This document shows, one piece after another, positions 49,739-59,595 of a stretch of DNA of 64,000 nt. This DNA comes from Spirochaetia bacterium. Lineage in GTDB: Bacteria; Spirochaetota; Spirochaetia; SZUA-6; Bin103. The stretch lies in contig CBDATQ010000002.1 in assembly GCA_965199955.1 (NCBI GenBank), positions 1,440,001 to 1,504,000 on the forward strand, written 5' to 3'. The stretch's first letter is position 1; the number at the start of each line of letters is the position of its first letter. Both the position numbers and the translations under genes were made by a program. The notes beneath the pieces are model-generated. The model searched no databases. It worked only from the letters and a program-made list of their open reading frames with translations, and was not told the origin of the DNA.

Positions 49739-49767
49739 TTGCAGGCCGGATGCCGGCCGGCCATAAT
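49739..49767 (+). promoter_or_regulatory. Putative sigma70 promoter of the glycan-uptake operon (TTGCAG-N17-CATAAT)
   Basis: Canonical 17-nt spacing, upstream of an AGGAGG RBS and ATG 49796. Confidence 0.55.
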
Positions 49768-49795
49768 CGCGAATCTTCCCGAACAGGAGGTTTCC

Positions 49796-51142
49796 ATGAA
49801 GAACAGGACGATCGTGGGGGTGCTCGCGGCCCTTGCGCTGCTGGCGCTGCCGGTGGCGGCCGGAGCGGACGGGATGGATCTGCACGGCGCGACGCTGCGG
49901 CTGCAGAACCATTGGGGCTGGACCTACCAGGATTACGTCGACGGCGGCTCCCAGCAGGAGTGGCGTGAGTGGGTCGAGGCGGAGTTCAACGTCAAGATCG
50001 AGTTCTCGGAGAGGAACTTCGCCACCTTCGCGGACGACCTCACGGCGAGCGTGCTGAACGGCGATCCGATCGTCGACATCTTCCGCAACGCCGGCATCGC
50101 CGAGACAATCCAGCTCGCCCGTGCCGACGTGATCCTGCCGGTCGACGACGTGCTGCCGGCCGACTACCTCGATCGGATTCCCGGCTTCGCCCGCAATTAC
50201 GCGGAGGTGATGGGCAGCTACGACGGCAGGACCTACGGGGTCAACATGAACCACGAGTCCATCTTCCTGGGCGTCGTGTTCAACAAGACGCTGCTCGAGC
50301 GCGAGGGCCTGCCGTCTCCCTACGACCTGATGGACGCGGGCGAGTGGGACTTCGACGCGTTCAAGGAGATCGCCCTTCAGGCCACCAGGGATGCCGACGG
50401 TGACGGGGAGATCGATCAGTGGGGGCTGACGTTCGGCCAATGGGGACATGCCGAGCCGCACATCCTCCAGCGGCAGGCCATCTGGTTCGCGATGGCGAAC
50501 GGCGCGTCCGTGGTGGAGGAGCAGGACGGCAGCAAGATGTTCGCCCTCAACGACTCGCGCGCCGTGGAGGCGGTCGAACTGCTGGCGGAGCTGAACGCCG
50601 CCGGTGCGGTGCGAGGCGCCAGCTACGACCAGGTGCAGCTCTTCTTCGAGAACAACGTCGCCATGGGGGTCATCGACTCCGGCTGGATGGAGCACTTCGT
50701 CAACCCGGAGAAGATGTCCGAGCCGGTCGGGCTGGTCCCGCTGCCCATGGGGCCGCAGGGCGACGGCCACGTCTATCAGCGGGTGATCGGCGAGACCTTC
50801 CTGATTCCCCGCAACTCGGAGCTCGATCCGGCGGCGGTCATCGAGGTGTTCTCCGCGCTCTACAAGGTCATGGCTCCGTACGCCGACATCGAGGAAATGG
50901 AAGCGAGCTACTACGCCAACTGGGACGAAAGGCGCGCAGGGGACGAGCGGACCTCGCAGTTCCTCCGCGACGCCGAGGCGAACCAGGTCCTCATCCCGGG
51001 CGCCGAGATGATCGGCAGGGAAGGGTACGAGTTGCTGCTTGAGACGCTGGGCACGGCGATCGCCGGCGAGGTGTCCGCATCGACGGCCCTGGCCGAGATC
51101 ACGCCCGCCATGCAGGCGCTCGTGGACGACCTCTGGGAGTAA
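49796..51142 (+). CDS. Carbohydrate ABC transporter solute-binding protein
   Basis: Signal peptide, VEAEFNVKIEF, FNKTLLEREGLPSPYDL..AGEWDFDAF, ATRDADGDGEIDQWG and GLVPLPMGP. Confidence 0.92.
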   Translation: MKNRTIVGVLAALALLALPVAAGADGMDLHGATLRLQNHWGWTYQDYVDGGSQQEWREWVEAEFNVKIEFSERNFATFADDLTASVLNGDPIVDIFRNAGIAETIQLARADVILPVDDVLPADYLDRIPGFARNYAEVMGSYDGRTYGVNMNHESIFLGVVFNKTLLEREGLPSPYDLMDAGEWDFDAFKEIALQATRDADGDGEIDQWGLTFGQWGHAEPHILQRQAIWFAMANGASVVEEQDGSKMFALNDSRAVEAVELLAELNAAGAVRGASYDQVQLFFENNVAMGVIDSGWMEHFVNPEKMSEPVGLVPLPMGPQGDGHVYQRVIGETFLIPRNSELDPAAVIEVFSALYKVMAPYADIEEMEASYYANWDERRAGDERTSQFLRDAEANQVLIPGAEMIGREGYELLLETLGTAIAGEVSASTALAEITPAMQALVDDLWE

Positions 51143-51144
51143 CC

Positions 51145-51185
51145 GTCTGGAGGATCTGCCGCGTCGCGCGGCAGATCCTCCAGAC
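51145..51185. repeat. Perfect 19-bp inverted repeat (hairpin) right after the SBP stop
   Basis: gtctggaggatctgccgcg-tcg-cgcggcagatcctccagac, with no U-tract. Confidence 0.9.
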
Positions 51186-51333
51186 CCCATAACGGAACAT
51201 GGAACCGCGGCTCCGGGGCGTGGCGCGCGGCGGTCGACGGTGAAATCACTCGCTGAGTGAGTGAGGGCATGCGCATGCGGGGCCCCACACGGCGTGCCTG
51301 AGGTGGGTGGGGCCCGAGGCACCGGGTTCTGAC

Positions 51334-53481
51334 GTGACGGTCGCGCGATCTCCCCATCTGCGCGGGCGCCTCCTGGCGCTCGCGCTGCTCGCGCTTTCCG
51401 TTCCGCCCGCGTGGACGGACACCGCGTACCGCTACGACAGCCGCGACCGGGTGGTCCGCACGCCGTCCCTCTACCACGTGGACCGGGTCGTGCACTTCAG
51501 CGACCTGGGCGTCGCCCTCGACGATCCCCGCGACTTCGCCGTCACCGGAGACGGGGCCGTCGTGCTGGATTCCGGGAACAGCCGCCTCGTCTGGCTCGAT
51601 GCCGAGTACCGGCTGATGCGGCTCCAGGAGGAGTTCACGGACGGCGCGCGCACCGAGACGCTGAACCACCCGCAGGGCGTCTTCGTCGCCGCGGACGGCG
51701 CGATCTACGTTGCCGACACCGACAACCGGCGCATCGTCGTGCTCGATGCCTCAGGCCGCCTCCTCCGGATCCTGGGCGAGCACGCGGACGCCTCATTCCG
51801 GATCATGTCCGCGGACTACGAGTACCGGCCGGTGAAAGTCGGCGTGAACGCCCTGGGCACGGTCTACGTGATCGTCAGGAACCTCTTCGAGGGGTTCATG
51901 CAGCTTGATCAGAGGGGACGCTTCGAGGGCTTCGTGGGCGCGCCCCGTGTGGTGGTCAGCCCCGTGGACCTGCTCTGGGCGCGCATCTTCACCGCCGAGC
52001 AGCGCAGCCGCATGACCCTCTCCCTGCCCATCGACTACCGCTCGATCGACTTCACCTCCGACGGCTACCTCCTCGCCACGGTGGCCGCGGGAGAGACCTA
52101 CAGCGTCGAGCCGATCCGGAGGCTGAGCAACTCCGGGTTCGAGGTACCCATCGCAACGGGCGACCGCACGCCGCCGCGGGGCGACCTGCTCTACTCCCTG
52201 GGCGAAGGCCCGTCCGTGCTGGTCGACGTGGCAGGGCAGCCGTGGGGCGTGTTCAGTGCGCTCGATCAGCGCCGGGGCAGGATCTTCACCTACGACGGGG
52301 AGGGGTCCCTGCTGGCCGTCATGGGCGGGCTGGGCAACCGCGTCGGCCAGTTTCGCCTGCCGGTGAGCATCGGCGCGTGGGGCAACGACCTGGTCGTCCT
52401 GGACAATGCCCGGAAGAGCCTGGTCGTGATGAAGCCGACGGCGCACGGCCGGTACGTGTTCTCCGCCTTGGCGCTGGAGGCCAACGGCTTCCACGACGAG
52501 GCGGTGCGGCTGTGGGAGAAGGTGCTGGCCTACGACCGCGAGTTCGAGGTGGCCTATGCCGCGATCGGGCGCTCCCTGCTCGCCGTCGGCGACTATCGCG
52601 CAGCGGTGCGCTCCTTCCGCCGCGCCAACGACCGGGAGGGCTACTCGCGTGCGTTCGCCGAGTTGCGCAGCGAGGTGGTCAGGAGGATCTTCCTGCCGGT
52701 GGTCCTGTCCGCCGTGTTCGTCGCCGTGCTGATTGCGGTCCTGGTGAAGCTGGGCTTCGCCGAGCGGTGCCGGGGGCTGTTCGCCCGGCTTGGCCGGACG
52801 GCCGCGATGACCCGGCCGCTGCCGCTGGCGCGGGTGAGCGGACGCGACCTGGTGCGTGATCTCCGCTATTCTCTGCACACGTCCATCCACCCGATCAGCG
52901 GCTTCCGCGAGCTGAAGAGGGATCAGGCGGCAGCCGTCCCGGCCGCCAACGCGATCCTGGTCGTCCTCTGCCTCGTGTGCGTGCTGTTCCGGCAGGGCAC
53001 GGGGTTCGTGTTCAATACCGCGACCGGCGGGTTCGACCCTGCTCGATTCGAACTGGTTCGGGTCATCCCCACGATACTGGCGCCGCTGGCCCTCTGGTGC
53101 GTGGTGAGCTGGGCCCTGACGACGATCCTGCAGGGCAAGGGCAGCCTGGGACAGGTATACGTCGCCACGGTCTTCTCCACGGTGCCGCTGCTCCTTGCCA
53201 TGGCCGTACTGATTCCCTTCAGCCACGTGCTGGTGCGCGAGGAGGCCGGCTTGTACCACGGGGTGCTGTCCCTCGCGTTCGTCTGGAGCGGGTTTCTGCT
53301 GCTGACCTCGACGATGATGACGCACGACTACGACCGGCTGTTCCGCAGCATCCTCATCATCCTGCTGGTCCTGGCCGGCATCGGCGTGACCGTGTTCGTG
53401 CTCCTGGTGCTGTTCAGCGTCGGCAATACCATCGTCAGGTTCGCGGCCGGGGTCTGGCGGGAGTACCTGTTCACCCGATGA
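51334..53481 (+). CDS. NHL-repeat/TPR extracytoplasmic protein fused to a C-terminal YIP1-like membrane domain
   Basis: Signal peptide, LNHPQGVFV..DG.IYVADTDNRRIVVLD, TPR-like A..LWEKVL....E.AY..IGR.L, a TM helix, then HPISGFRELK and five TMs with GKGSLGQVY. Confidence 0.85.
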   Translation: MTVARSPHLRGRLLALALLALSVPPAWTDTAYRYDSRDRVVRTPSLYHVDRVVHFSDLGVALDDPRDFAVTGDGAVVLDSGNSRLVWLDAEYRLMRLQEEFTDGARTETLNHPQGVFVAADGAIYVADTDNRRIVVLDASGRLLRILGEHADASFRIMSADYEYRPVKVGVNALGTVYVIVRNLFEGFMQLDQRGRFEGFVGAPRVVVSPVDLLWARIFTAEQRSRMTLSLPIDYRSIDFTSDGYLLATVAAGETYSVEPIRRLSNSGFEVPIATGDRTPPRGDLLYSLGEGPSVLVDVAGQPWGVFSALDQRRGRIFTYDGEGSLLAVMGGLGNRVGQFRLPVSIGAWGNDLVVLDNARKSLVVMKPTAHGRYVFSALALEANGFHDEAVRLWEKVLAYDREFEVAYAAIGRSLLAVGDYRAAVRSFRRANDREGYSRAFAELRSEVVRRIFLPVVLSAVFVAVLIAVLVKLGFAERCRGLFARLGRTAAMTRPLPLARVSGRDLVRDLRYSLHTSIHPISGFRELKRDQAAAVPAANAILVVLCLVCVLFRQGTGFVFNTATGGFDPARFELVRVIPTILAPLALWCVVSWALTTILQGKGSLGQVYVATVFSTVPLLLAMAVLIPFSHVLVREEAGLYHGVLSLAFVWSGFLLLTSTMMTHDYDRLFRSILIILLVLAGIGVTVFVLLVLFSVGNTIVRFAAGVWREYLFTR

Positions 53482-56357
53482 CACAGGCACCTGGCGCGAG
53501 GGGAATCCGGGCGCTCGCCGCGGCGGCGGTGCCCCTGGCCATGGCCGCGGTGCCGTTGCCGGCGCGCGCCCCCGACGCCCTCGGACTGCCCGAGTCCTTC
53601 GACATGGTGGCCGAGAACGCCTACCTGCGCCTCCATGTCGATCCGGAGACCGCCAACTTCGCGCTGGAGGACAGGGAGAGCGGCGCGATCTGGCATTCGA
53701 ACCCGCAGGACGCCGGCCGCTACGATCGGATCGCTGCGGGGAAGGAACGGAATCGGCTGCGCGCGCTGCTCGGCATGTCGTACGTGCGGGGCAACGGCGC
53801 CAGGGTCGCGTACGACAGCTACACCGACAGCGTGCTGCACGGCCAGCACGAGATCCGCCGGACCGACGGCGGGTTCCGGGTGGAGTTCCGGCTGGGCCGG
53901 AAGTGGCTGGAGTCCGGGCTCATGCCCAAGGTCGTCGAGGGCGGGCGGTTCGCGTCGACCGTGCTGGCGACGGCGACCGAGGCCGAGAAGGAGACGCTGC
54001 TCACCTACTACGTGCCGGCGGCGCTCGTCCCTCGCGAGGACGAGCCCTTCCCGATCGAGATCAGCGTGCCGGGGCCGCTCGGCGGGGTGTTCACGGAGCG
54101 GATCGAGGCGCTGCTCGGTAACCATACGCTGGTCATCGGGGATGAGGCGTACCTGGCCGGGCTCGACCAGCTCGCCGACCTCCGCCGCAAGGCCGGGAGC
54201 GCGTCCGGCGAGGCGCAGCAGGAGCTGCGCGGCGAGCTGCTCAAGGTGCAAGGCGCCCTGGTGAAGCGGAAGACCGACTACGCCAGGGCGCTCATCGACA
54301 TGATCGTCGCCGACCGCGAAGAGTACGTCGACATCAGGTCGCTGACGCCCGCGGTCATGGAACCGTTCCTGGGGCGGACGTTCCACCTGAAGTTCAAGCA
54401 TCCGCGCTTCAAGACGGAGGCGCTGCTCGCGGCCCTGGCCGACAACGGCTACACGCCGGAAGACATCGTGACCGACCACGGCACCTTCGGGATGACGGCC
54501 CCGGAAGAGAACCACGAGCGGTTCGTCATTCCGATGGAGATCGTGCTCGACGGGCGTGGCTTCGTCGCTCGGGTGCGCGGCCCGGAGATCGAGTACGCCG
54601 CGGACGTGCCCTACCGAGCCGGCCCGACGTTCACCACCGTGTCGTATCCGTTGCTGTCGCTGGAGTTGCTGCCGTTCTTCTTCGCGGCGCGCCGTGAGGA
54701 TCCCGGCTACCTGTTCGTGCCGTCCGGGTCGGGCGCCATCATCGACCTTGCCGAGCGAAAGGCCGGCGCCCGGTCGCTGACCGTGCCGGTCTACGGTGGG
54801 GACTTCAGCCTCCAGCCGAAGGCGGGCGCCGGCGATCACGGCCACCTGCCCGTGTTCGGCGCGGTGCGGGAGGACATCGGCTTCCTGGCGATCATCGAGT
54901 CCGGCGCCGCGATCGCGGCGGTCTCCGTGCTCAAGGCCGGGGTCTACAACTCGTACCACACCGTCTTCGCCGACTACACGATCACCGAAGGGCGGACCGA
55001 GGCGCGGGAAACCGGCGACGCCCTGTTCGGTGCCTACGCGATCTACGCCCCCGAGTCGTACACGGGCGACGTGGTGGCGCGCTACCACCTGCTGCCGGCC
55101 GGCAGCGCGGACTACTCGTCCATGGCGCGCATCTACCGCGAGCACCTGCTCGATCGGGGGTTGCCGCGGCGGACGAACGGCGCCGGGCAGCCGTTGTTCC
55201 TGGATGTGACGGCGTCCGTGCCCACCACGGCCACCGTTGCCGGCATCCCGTACCGTTCGACGGCGGTGGCGACCGGCTACCGCGATGCAAGGCGGATCCT
55301 TACCGACCTGGACAACCCGGACGGGTTGATCGTCCGCTACGCTGGCTGGCTGGCGGGCGGCACCGCGCATCGCTTTCCCGGCCGCGTCTTCCTGAACGGC
55401 AGGCTGGGCAGCCGGCGGGAGCTTCTGAACCTGCTCGACTTCTGCCGGCGGCACGGGATCGGCTTCTACCCCGCCGTGGACTTCCTGGCCGTCAACGAGC
55501 GGGGCCTGTTCGACGGGTTCGCCGCCAGCCGCGAGGCGGCGCGCGGCCTGGACCGCGCTCCGGTCAGGCTGCTCGACCGCAACCCGGCCCTCACCGAGGA
55601 CGTGCCCGCGGGCGGGTACCTGATCTCGCCGGCTGCTCTCCCGTCATTGGCCGCCGCTTTCACCGGCCGCTACGGGCGCATGGATCACCCCTACCTGGGG
55701 CTCGACCGGTTCGGGCTCCTGAGCTTCAGCGACTACCGGCGCGGGGCCGATCCGGAGCGGATCTTCAACCCCGAGGAGACCCTGCACGTGCTGGGCGAGA
55801 CCGCGTCACAGCTCGCCGGCGGCGGCTTCAGGCTGCTGATCGAGGGCGCGAACGCCCACCTGATCCCGCACGCGGCAGCCGTCATGCACGTCCCCTACCG
55901 GGAAGTGGACTACGACATCGTCACCCGCACGATCCCCTTCATGCAGATGGTCCTGCATGGCTCGGTGCCGTACTCGTCCGAGCCGATCAACTACCAGGCC
56001 GACCCGCGGACGGCGCTGCTGCGGGCAATCGAGTCGGGGAGCAGCCTGGCATTCGCGCTGATCGGCGACGCGCCGGCGCTGCCCGAGCCCCTCCACGACG
56101 TCGACCTGCATGCCTCGGTCTACCGAAGCTGGAAGGACACGATGATCGCGATGCACGGCACCCTCAACCGCGCCTTGTCGGGCCTGGCAGGCGTGCCGAT
56201 CCGCGCGCATGCGACGCTGGCCGAGGGCGTGCGCGTGACCCGCTACGAGAACGGCGTGGACGTCGTGGTCAACTACCGCGACGAGCCGTATACCCATGCC
56301 GGCATCACGGTCGGCCCGAGGGACTACCTGCGCGTGACGGAGCGGGTGGCGTGGTAG
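53478..56357 (+). CDS. DUF5696-type large secreted protein
   Basis: ATGA coupling, VAENAYLRLHVD...IWHSNP, LLPFFFAA..GYLFVPSGSGAII, LPVFG, YAGWLAGG, IPFMQMVLHG and GVRVTRYENG..VVVNY. Confidence 0.8.
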   Translation: MTQAPGARGIRALAAAAVPLAMAAVPLPARAPDALGLPESFDMVAENAYLRLHVDPETANFALEDRESGAIWHSNPQDAGRYDRIAAGKERNRLRALLGMSYVRGNGARVAYDSYTDSVLHGQHEIRRTDGGFRVEFRLGRKWLESGLMPKVVEGGRFASTVLATATEAEKETLLTYYVPAALVPREDEPFPIEISVPGPLGGVFTERIEALLGNHTLVIGDEAYLAGLDQLADLRRKAGSASGEAQQELRGELLKVQGALVKRKTDYARALIDMIVADREEYVDIRSLTPAVMEPFLGRTFHLKFKHPRFKTEALLAALADNGYTPEDIVTDHGTFGMTAPEENHERFVIPMEIVLDGRGFVARVRGPEIEYAADVPYRAGPTFTTVSYPLLSLELLPFFFAARREDPGYLFVPSGSGAIIDLAERKAGARSLTVPVYGGDFSLQPKAGAGDHGHLPVFGAVREDIGFLAIIESGAAIAAVSVLKAGVYNSYHTVFADYTITEGRTEARETGDALFGAYAIYAPESYTGDVVARYHLLPAGSADYSSMARIYREHLLDRGLPRRTNGAGQPLFLDVTASVPTTATVAGIPYRSTAVATGYRDARRILTDLDNPDGLIVRYAGWLAGGTAHRFPGRVFLNGRLGSRRELLNLLDFCRRHGIGFYPAVDFLAVNERGLFDGFAASREAARGLDRAPVRLLDRNPALTEDVPAGGYLISPAALPSLAAAFTGRYGRMDHPYLGLDRFGLLSFSDYRRGADPERIFNPEETLHVLGETASQLAGGGFRLLIEGANAHLIPHAAAVMHVPYREVDYDIVTRTIPFMQMVLHGSVPYSSEPINYQADPRTALLRAIESGSSLAFALIGDAPALPEPLHDVDLHASVYRSWKDTMIAMHGTLNRALSGLAGVPIRAHATLAEGVRVTRYENGVDVVVNYRDEPYTHAGITVGPRDYLRVTERVAW

Positions 56358-57247
56358 GGCGCGTCGACCTGGCCAGGAAGAAGGCGCGCATGGGCTACCT
56401 GTTCACGCTGCCGCTGATGGCCGGCATCGTCTTCTTCCTGATCATGCCGATCGCGCAGTCCATCTCGTTCAGCGTGGGCGAGATCGAGATAACCGACGAG
56501 GGCTACCTGCTGCATCCGGTCGGGCTGGCCAACTTCCACCACGTGCTGCGTGTGGACACCTTCTTTCCGCGGCACCTGGCGGCGGCCGTGGTGAAGCTGG
56601 CCTCGGAGGTGCCGGTCGTGCTGGTGTTCAGCTTGATCTGCGCCTCCCTGCTGAACCGCCCGTTCCGGGGACGCGGCGTCATGCGAACGGTGCTCTTTCT
56701 CCCGGTGATCTTGTCGTCGGGCGTGCTGGTGACCCTGCAGCAGTCCTACCTGTTGACCCAGGAGCTGAGCATCGGATCGCTCTTTGAGCGCTTCACGCGT
56801 CGGATGGTGAGCGGCTGGGTGGTCGATGCACCGGCGGTCGACGGCGCGCTCGCCTACGTGGTCGACGCCACCGCCCGCCTCCCCGCCATCGCCGCGGCGG
56901 CGGGCATTCCCATCCTGATCTTCCTGGCCGGGCTGCAGGGGATCCCTGATTCCATGTACGAGGTGGCCCGAATCGAGGGCGCCAACGCCTGGGAGACGTT
57001 CTTCTTCATCACCCTGCCGCTGGCGGCGCCGCTGATCTTCCCGATCGTCATCTACATGATCGTGGACTCGTTCACGGCCGCGGACAGCGAGCTGCTGCGC
57101 TACATCTTCGAGAGCATGCGGAGTGGCGCGGGATACGGCACCGCGACCGCGATGGCGTGGGTGTTCTTCCTCACCATGGCCGTCATCCTGACCGTCGTGG
57201 GAGCGGTCGTGGCGCGCGGCACGCGCAACAGCGGAGTGGTGGCGTGA
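56351..57247 (+). CDS. Carbohydrate ABC transporter permease (MalF-like)
   Basis: FRGRGVMRTVLFLPVILSSG and FLAGLQGIPDSMYEVARIEGA. Confidence 0.93.
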   Translation: MVGRVDLARKKARMGYLFTLPLMAGIVFFLIMPIAQSISFSVGEIEITDEGYLLHPVGLANFHHVLRVDTFFPRHLAAAVVKLASEVPVVLVFSLICASLLNRPFRGRGVMRTVLFLPVILSSGVLVTLQQSYLLTQELSIGSLFERFTRRMVSGWVVDAPAVDGALAYVVDATARLPAIAAAAGIPILIFLAGLQGIPDSMYEVARIEGANAWETFFFITLPLAAPLIFPIVIYMIVDSFTAADSELLRYIFESMRSGAGYGTATAMAWVFFLTMAVILTVVGAVVARGTRNSGVVA

Positions 57248-58209
57248 CCTCGGCGCTGGCGAGGTGGACGATTCCCGCGCACCGGATTGCGGACCGGATC
57301 GATTGGCGGATCCTGCTCTTCCGGGGCTTCCGGCTCGCGTTCCTGGCCGGCGTGTCGTTCATCGTGCTCTTCCCCGTGCTGCACAAGCTCGTCCAGTCGT
57401 TCATGTCCGAGGCCGACATCATGGACGTCAACCGCGTGTGGATCCCGTCGAAACTGTCGCTGTTGAACTACCGGATCGTCCTGGTCTCGCTCGACTACTT
57501 CCACAACGCGCTGCGCTCGCTCGGCCTGACGCTGCTGGTGTGCGTGTCGCAGATGGCCTCGTCGACGTTCGTGGCCTACGGCCTGGCGCGCTTCCGGAAC
57601 CGGCTCACGAACGTGCTGTTCGCGATCGCCGTGTTCAGCATGGTCATTCCCCCGCAGTTGCTGATGGTCCCGCTGGTCTTCAACTTCCGCTACTTCAGCT
57701 TCTTCGGGCTGTTTCCGGAAGGCCTGAACCTGACCGGCAGCATCCTGCCGTTCGTGCTCACCTCGCTGACCTGCATGGGCTACAGGAACGGCATCTTCAT
57801 CTACATCATGCGGCAGGTGTTCAAGGGCATCCCGCGCGACCTGGAGGACGCGGCGTACGTGGACGGATCCGGGTATCTCAACACGTTCGCGCGCATCGTC
57901 CTGCCGTCGGCCACCTCCGGACTGCTCGTCGTGTTCCTGCTGGCGTTCGTCTGGCAGTGGAGCGACCTGACCTTCACGGAGCTGTTCCTGCCGAACCAGG
58001 ACCTGCTGTCGACGGTCATGGTCGGGTTCGGCTTTCAGTACGAGGACTGGTACGTCGCGTTCAACGCCGGCGCCCGGCCGCATCCCGGCTTCGTGGCCGC
58101 GATCGTCAACACCGCCATGCTGGTGTTCATCCTGCCGGTGCTGGTGCTCTACCTGTTCGTGCAGCGCTGGTTCATCAAGAGCGTCGATCGCGTGGGACTG
58201 GTCGGCTGA
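57244..58209 (+). CDS. Carbohydrate ABC transporter permease (MalG-like)
   Basis: AYGLARFR, FKGIPRDLEDAAYVDG and VQRWFIKSVDRVGLVG. Confidence 0.93.
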   Translation: MTSALARWTIPAHRIADRIDWRILLFRGFRLAFLAGVSFIVLFPVLHKLVQSFMSEADIMDVNRVWIPSKLSLLNYRIVLVSLDYFHNALRSLGLTLLVCVSQMASSTFVAYGLARFRNRLTNVLFAIAVFSMVIPPQLLMVPLVFNFRYFSFFGLFPEGLNLTGSILPFVLTSLTCMGYRNGIFIYIMRQVFKGIPRDLEDAAYVDGSGYLNTFARIVLPSATSGLLVVFLLAFVWQWSDLTFTELFLPNQDLLSTVMVGFGFQYEDWYVAFNAGARPHPGFVAAIVNTAMLVFILPVLVLYLFVQRWFIKSVDRVGLVG

Positions 58210-58224
58210 GGGAGTGAAACGACC

Positions 58225-59595
58225 ATGATCGAGAAATTCGTCACCGGAAACTGGGAGCTGACCGTATCGGTCGCGACCGACGGGCCGCTGTCGGGCAGCG
58301 ACGTGAGGATCTGGTTTTCGTCGGATGCGGACCGGAGGAACTGCGCGTTTCTGAACGTCGGAAGCGGGCGCACCTACCTGGGGCGCCGCAAGCAGGGGAG
58401 CGAGGAGATCCTCCGCACCTACGCGGACGCCGGCCATCCGCCGTGGCGGATCCGGCTGCAGAAGCGCGGCGCCTTCTTCCGCTTTTGGATCAACGATGCG
58501 CCGCACGGCTACATCAAGGGGCCGACCGGGCAGTGGGACATGCTCTTCGAGCCAACCGAGGCACACCTGTTCATCGACTGCGACGAGGAGCACTACCGAA
58601 TCGACGGGTGCCGGCTCACCAGCCTGACCTGGTTCGACGAGACGACGCTGGTCATCCCCACGGGCGAGGAGGGAAGCTGGACCGCCGGGCACGTGCTGCC
58701 GGGCGGCATCATCGAGTACGAAGGCCGATACTACCTGTACGTCATGGGCTCCCGCCCCGGCGAGCAGGAAGGAGGGCTCCAGCGCGTGATCGGCGTGGCG
58801 ATCAGTGACGATCTGGAGCGCTGGGAGCTGCACCCGGAGCCCGTGGTGACGAGCTCGAACGTGCCCTATGACAACCTCTACCCGAACGGCGCGATCGTCA
58901 CCGACGACGGCGGGGTGGCGCTGCTGTACTCCTCACAGATGTTTCCGAAGTGGAACGGATTCTGCCTCACGATGGCCGAGCACCCGCTGGGGCCGTTCGT
59001 CGACCACCCCGGAAACCCCGTGTTCGACCACGGCGATCACGCGCACGAGTTCGACGTGATCCGCATGGACGGCGGCCCCTACAAGTACCTGCTGATGTAC
59101 GCCGGCTTCACGCCGAACCCCCCGCGCGGCATGGCCGGGGATCGCGGCTACGCGCTGTACAGCAACGACCTCATCCATTGGGTGCCGGACCCGGACAACC
59201 CCGTGTTCGGCCCGGACACGCTGGACGACTGGGACGCCATCCACGTGCGGACCAGGTCGCTGACGAAGATCGGCGACACCTGGTACCTGTGGTACGAGGG
59301 CTGCAACACCTGGAAACCGAACGGCAAGCAGCACCACGGCTGGTGGGACACCGTGGGGCTGGCGCGCTCGAAAGACCTCAGAAACTGGGAGTACCATCCG
59401 CGCAATCCCGCCCTGGAGTCGGGCCAGAGTCACTGGATCGGCTGGCCGCGCATGGTGATCAGGAACGCCACCGGCTTCGTGTTCATGATCGAGAACTCCC
59501 GCATCGTCTCCAGGAAGATCCCGATCGAGCAGCTTACCGATTGGCAGAGCGACCTGGGTGACACGCTCGACCTGCTGCAGGAAGAGCGCGCATGA
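58225..59595 (+). CDS. Beta-propeller glycoside hydrolase-like protein (GH32/43/130-type fold) with an N-terminal beta-sandwich
   Basis: Repeats IGVAISDDLERW, SNDLIHW.PDPDNPV and LARSKDLRNW..HPRNP. Confidence 0.72.
   Translation: MIEKFVTGNWELTVSVATDGPLSGSDVRIWFSSDADRRNCAFLNVGSGRTYLGRRKQGSEEILRTYADAGHPPWRIRLQKRGAFFRFWINDAPHGYIKGPTGQWDMLFEPTEAHLFIDCDEEHYRIDGCRLTSLTWFDETTLVIPTGEEGSWTAGHVLPGGIIEYEGRYYLYVMGSRPGEQEGGLQRVIGVAISDDLERWELHPEPVVTSSNVPYDNLYPNGAIVTDDGGVALLYSSQMFPKWNGFCLTMAEHPLGPFVDHPGNPVFDHGDHAHEFDVIRMDGGPYKYLLMYAGFTPNPPRGMAGDRGYALYSNDLIHWVPDPDNPVFGPDTLDDWDAIHVRTRSLTKIGDTWYLWYEGCNTWKPNGKQHHGWWDTVGLARSKDLRNWEYHPRNPALESGQSHWIGWPRMVIRNATGFVFMIENSRIVSRKIPIEQLTDWQSDLGDTLDLLQEERA

Noticed and set aside
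32167..55454. Long antisense ORFs (for example 32167-34356, 49184-51322, 53328-55454)
   Set aside because: These are shadow frames of real GC-rich genes, with no recognisable motifs.
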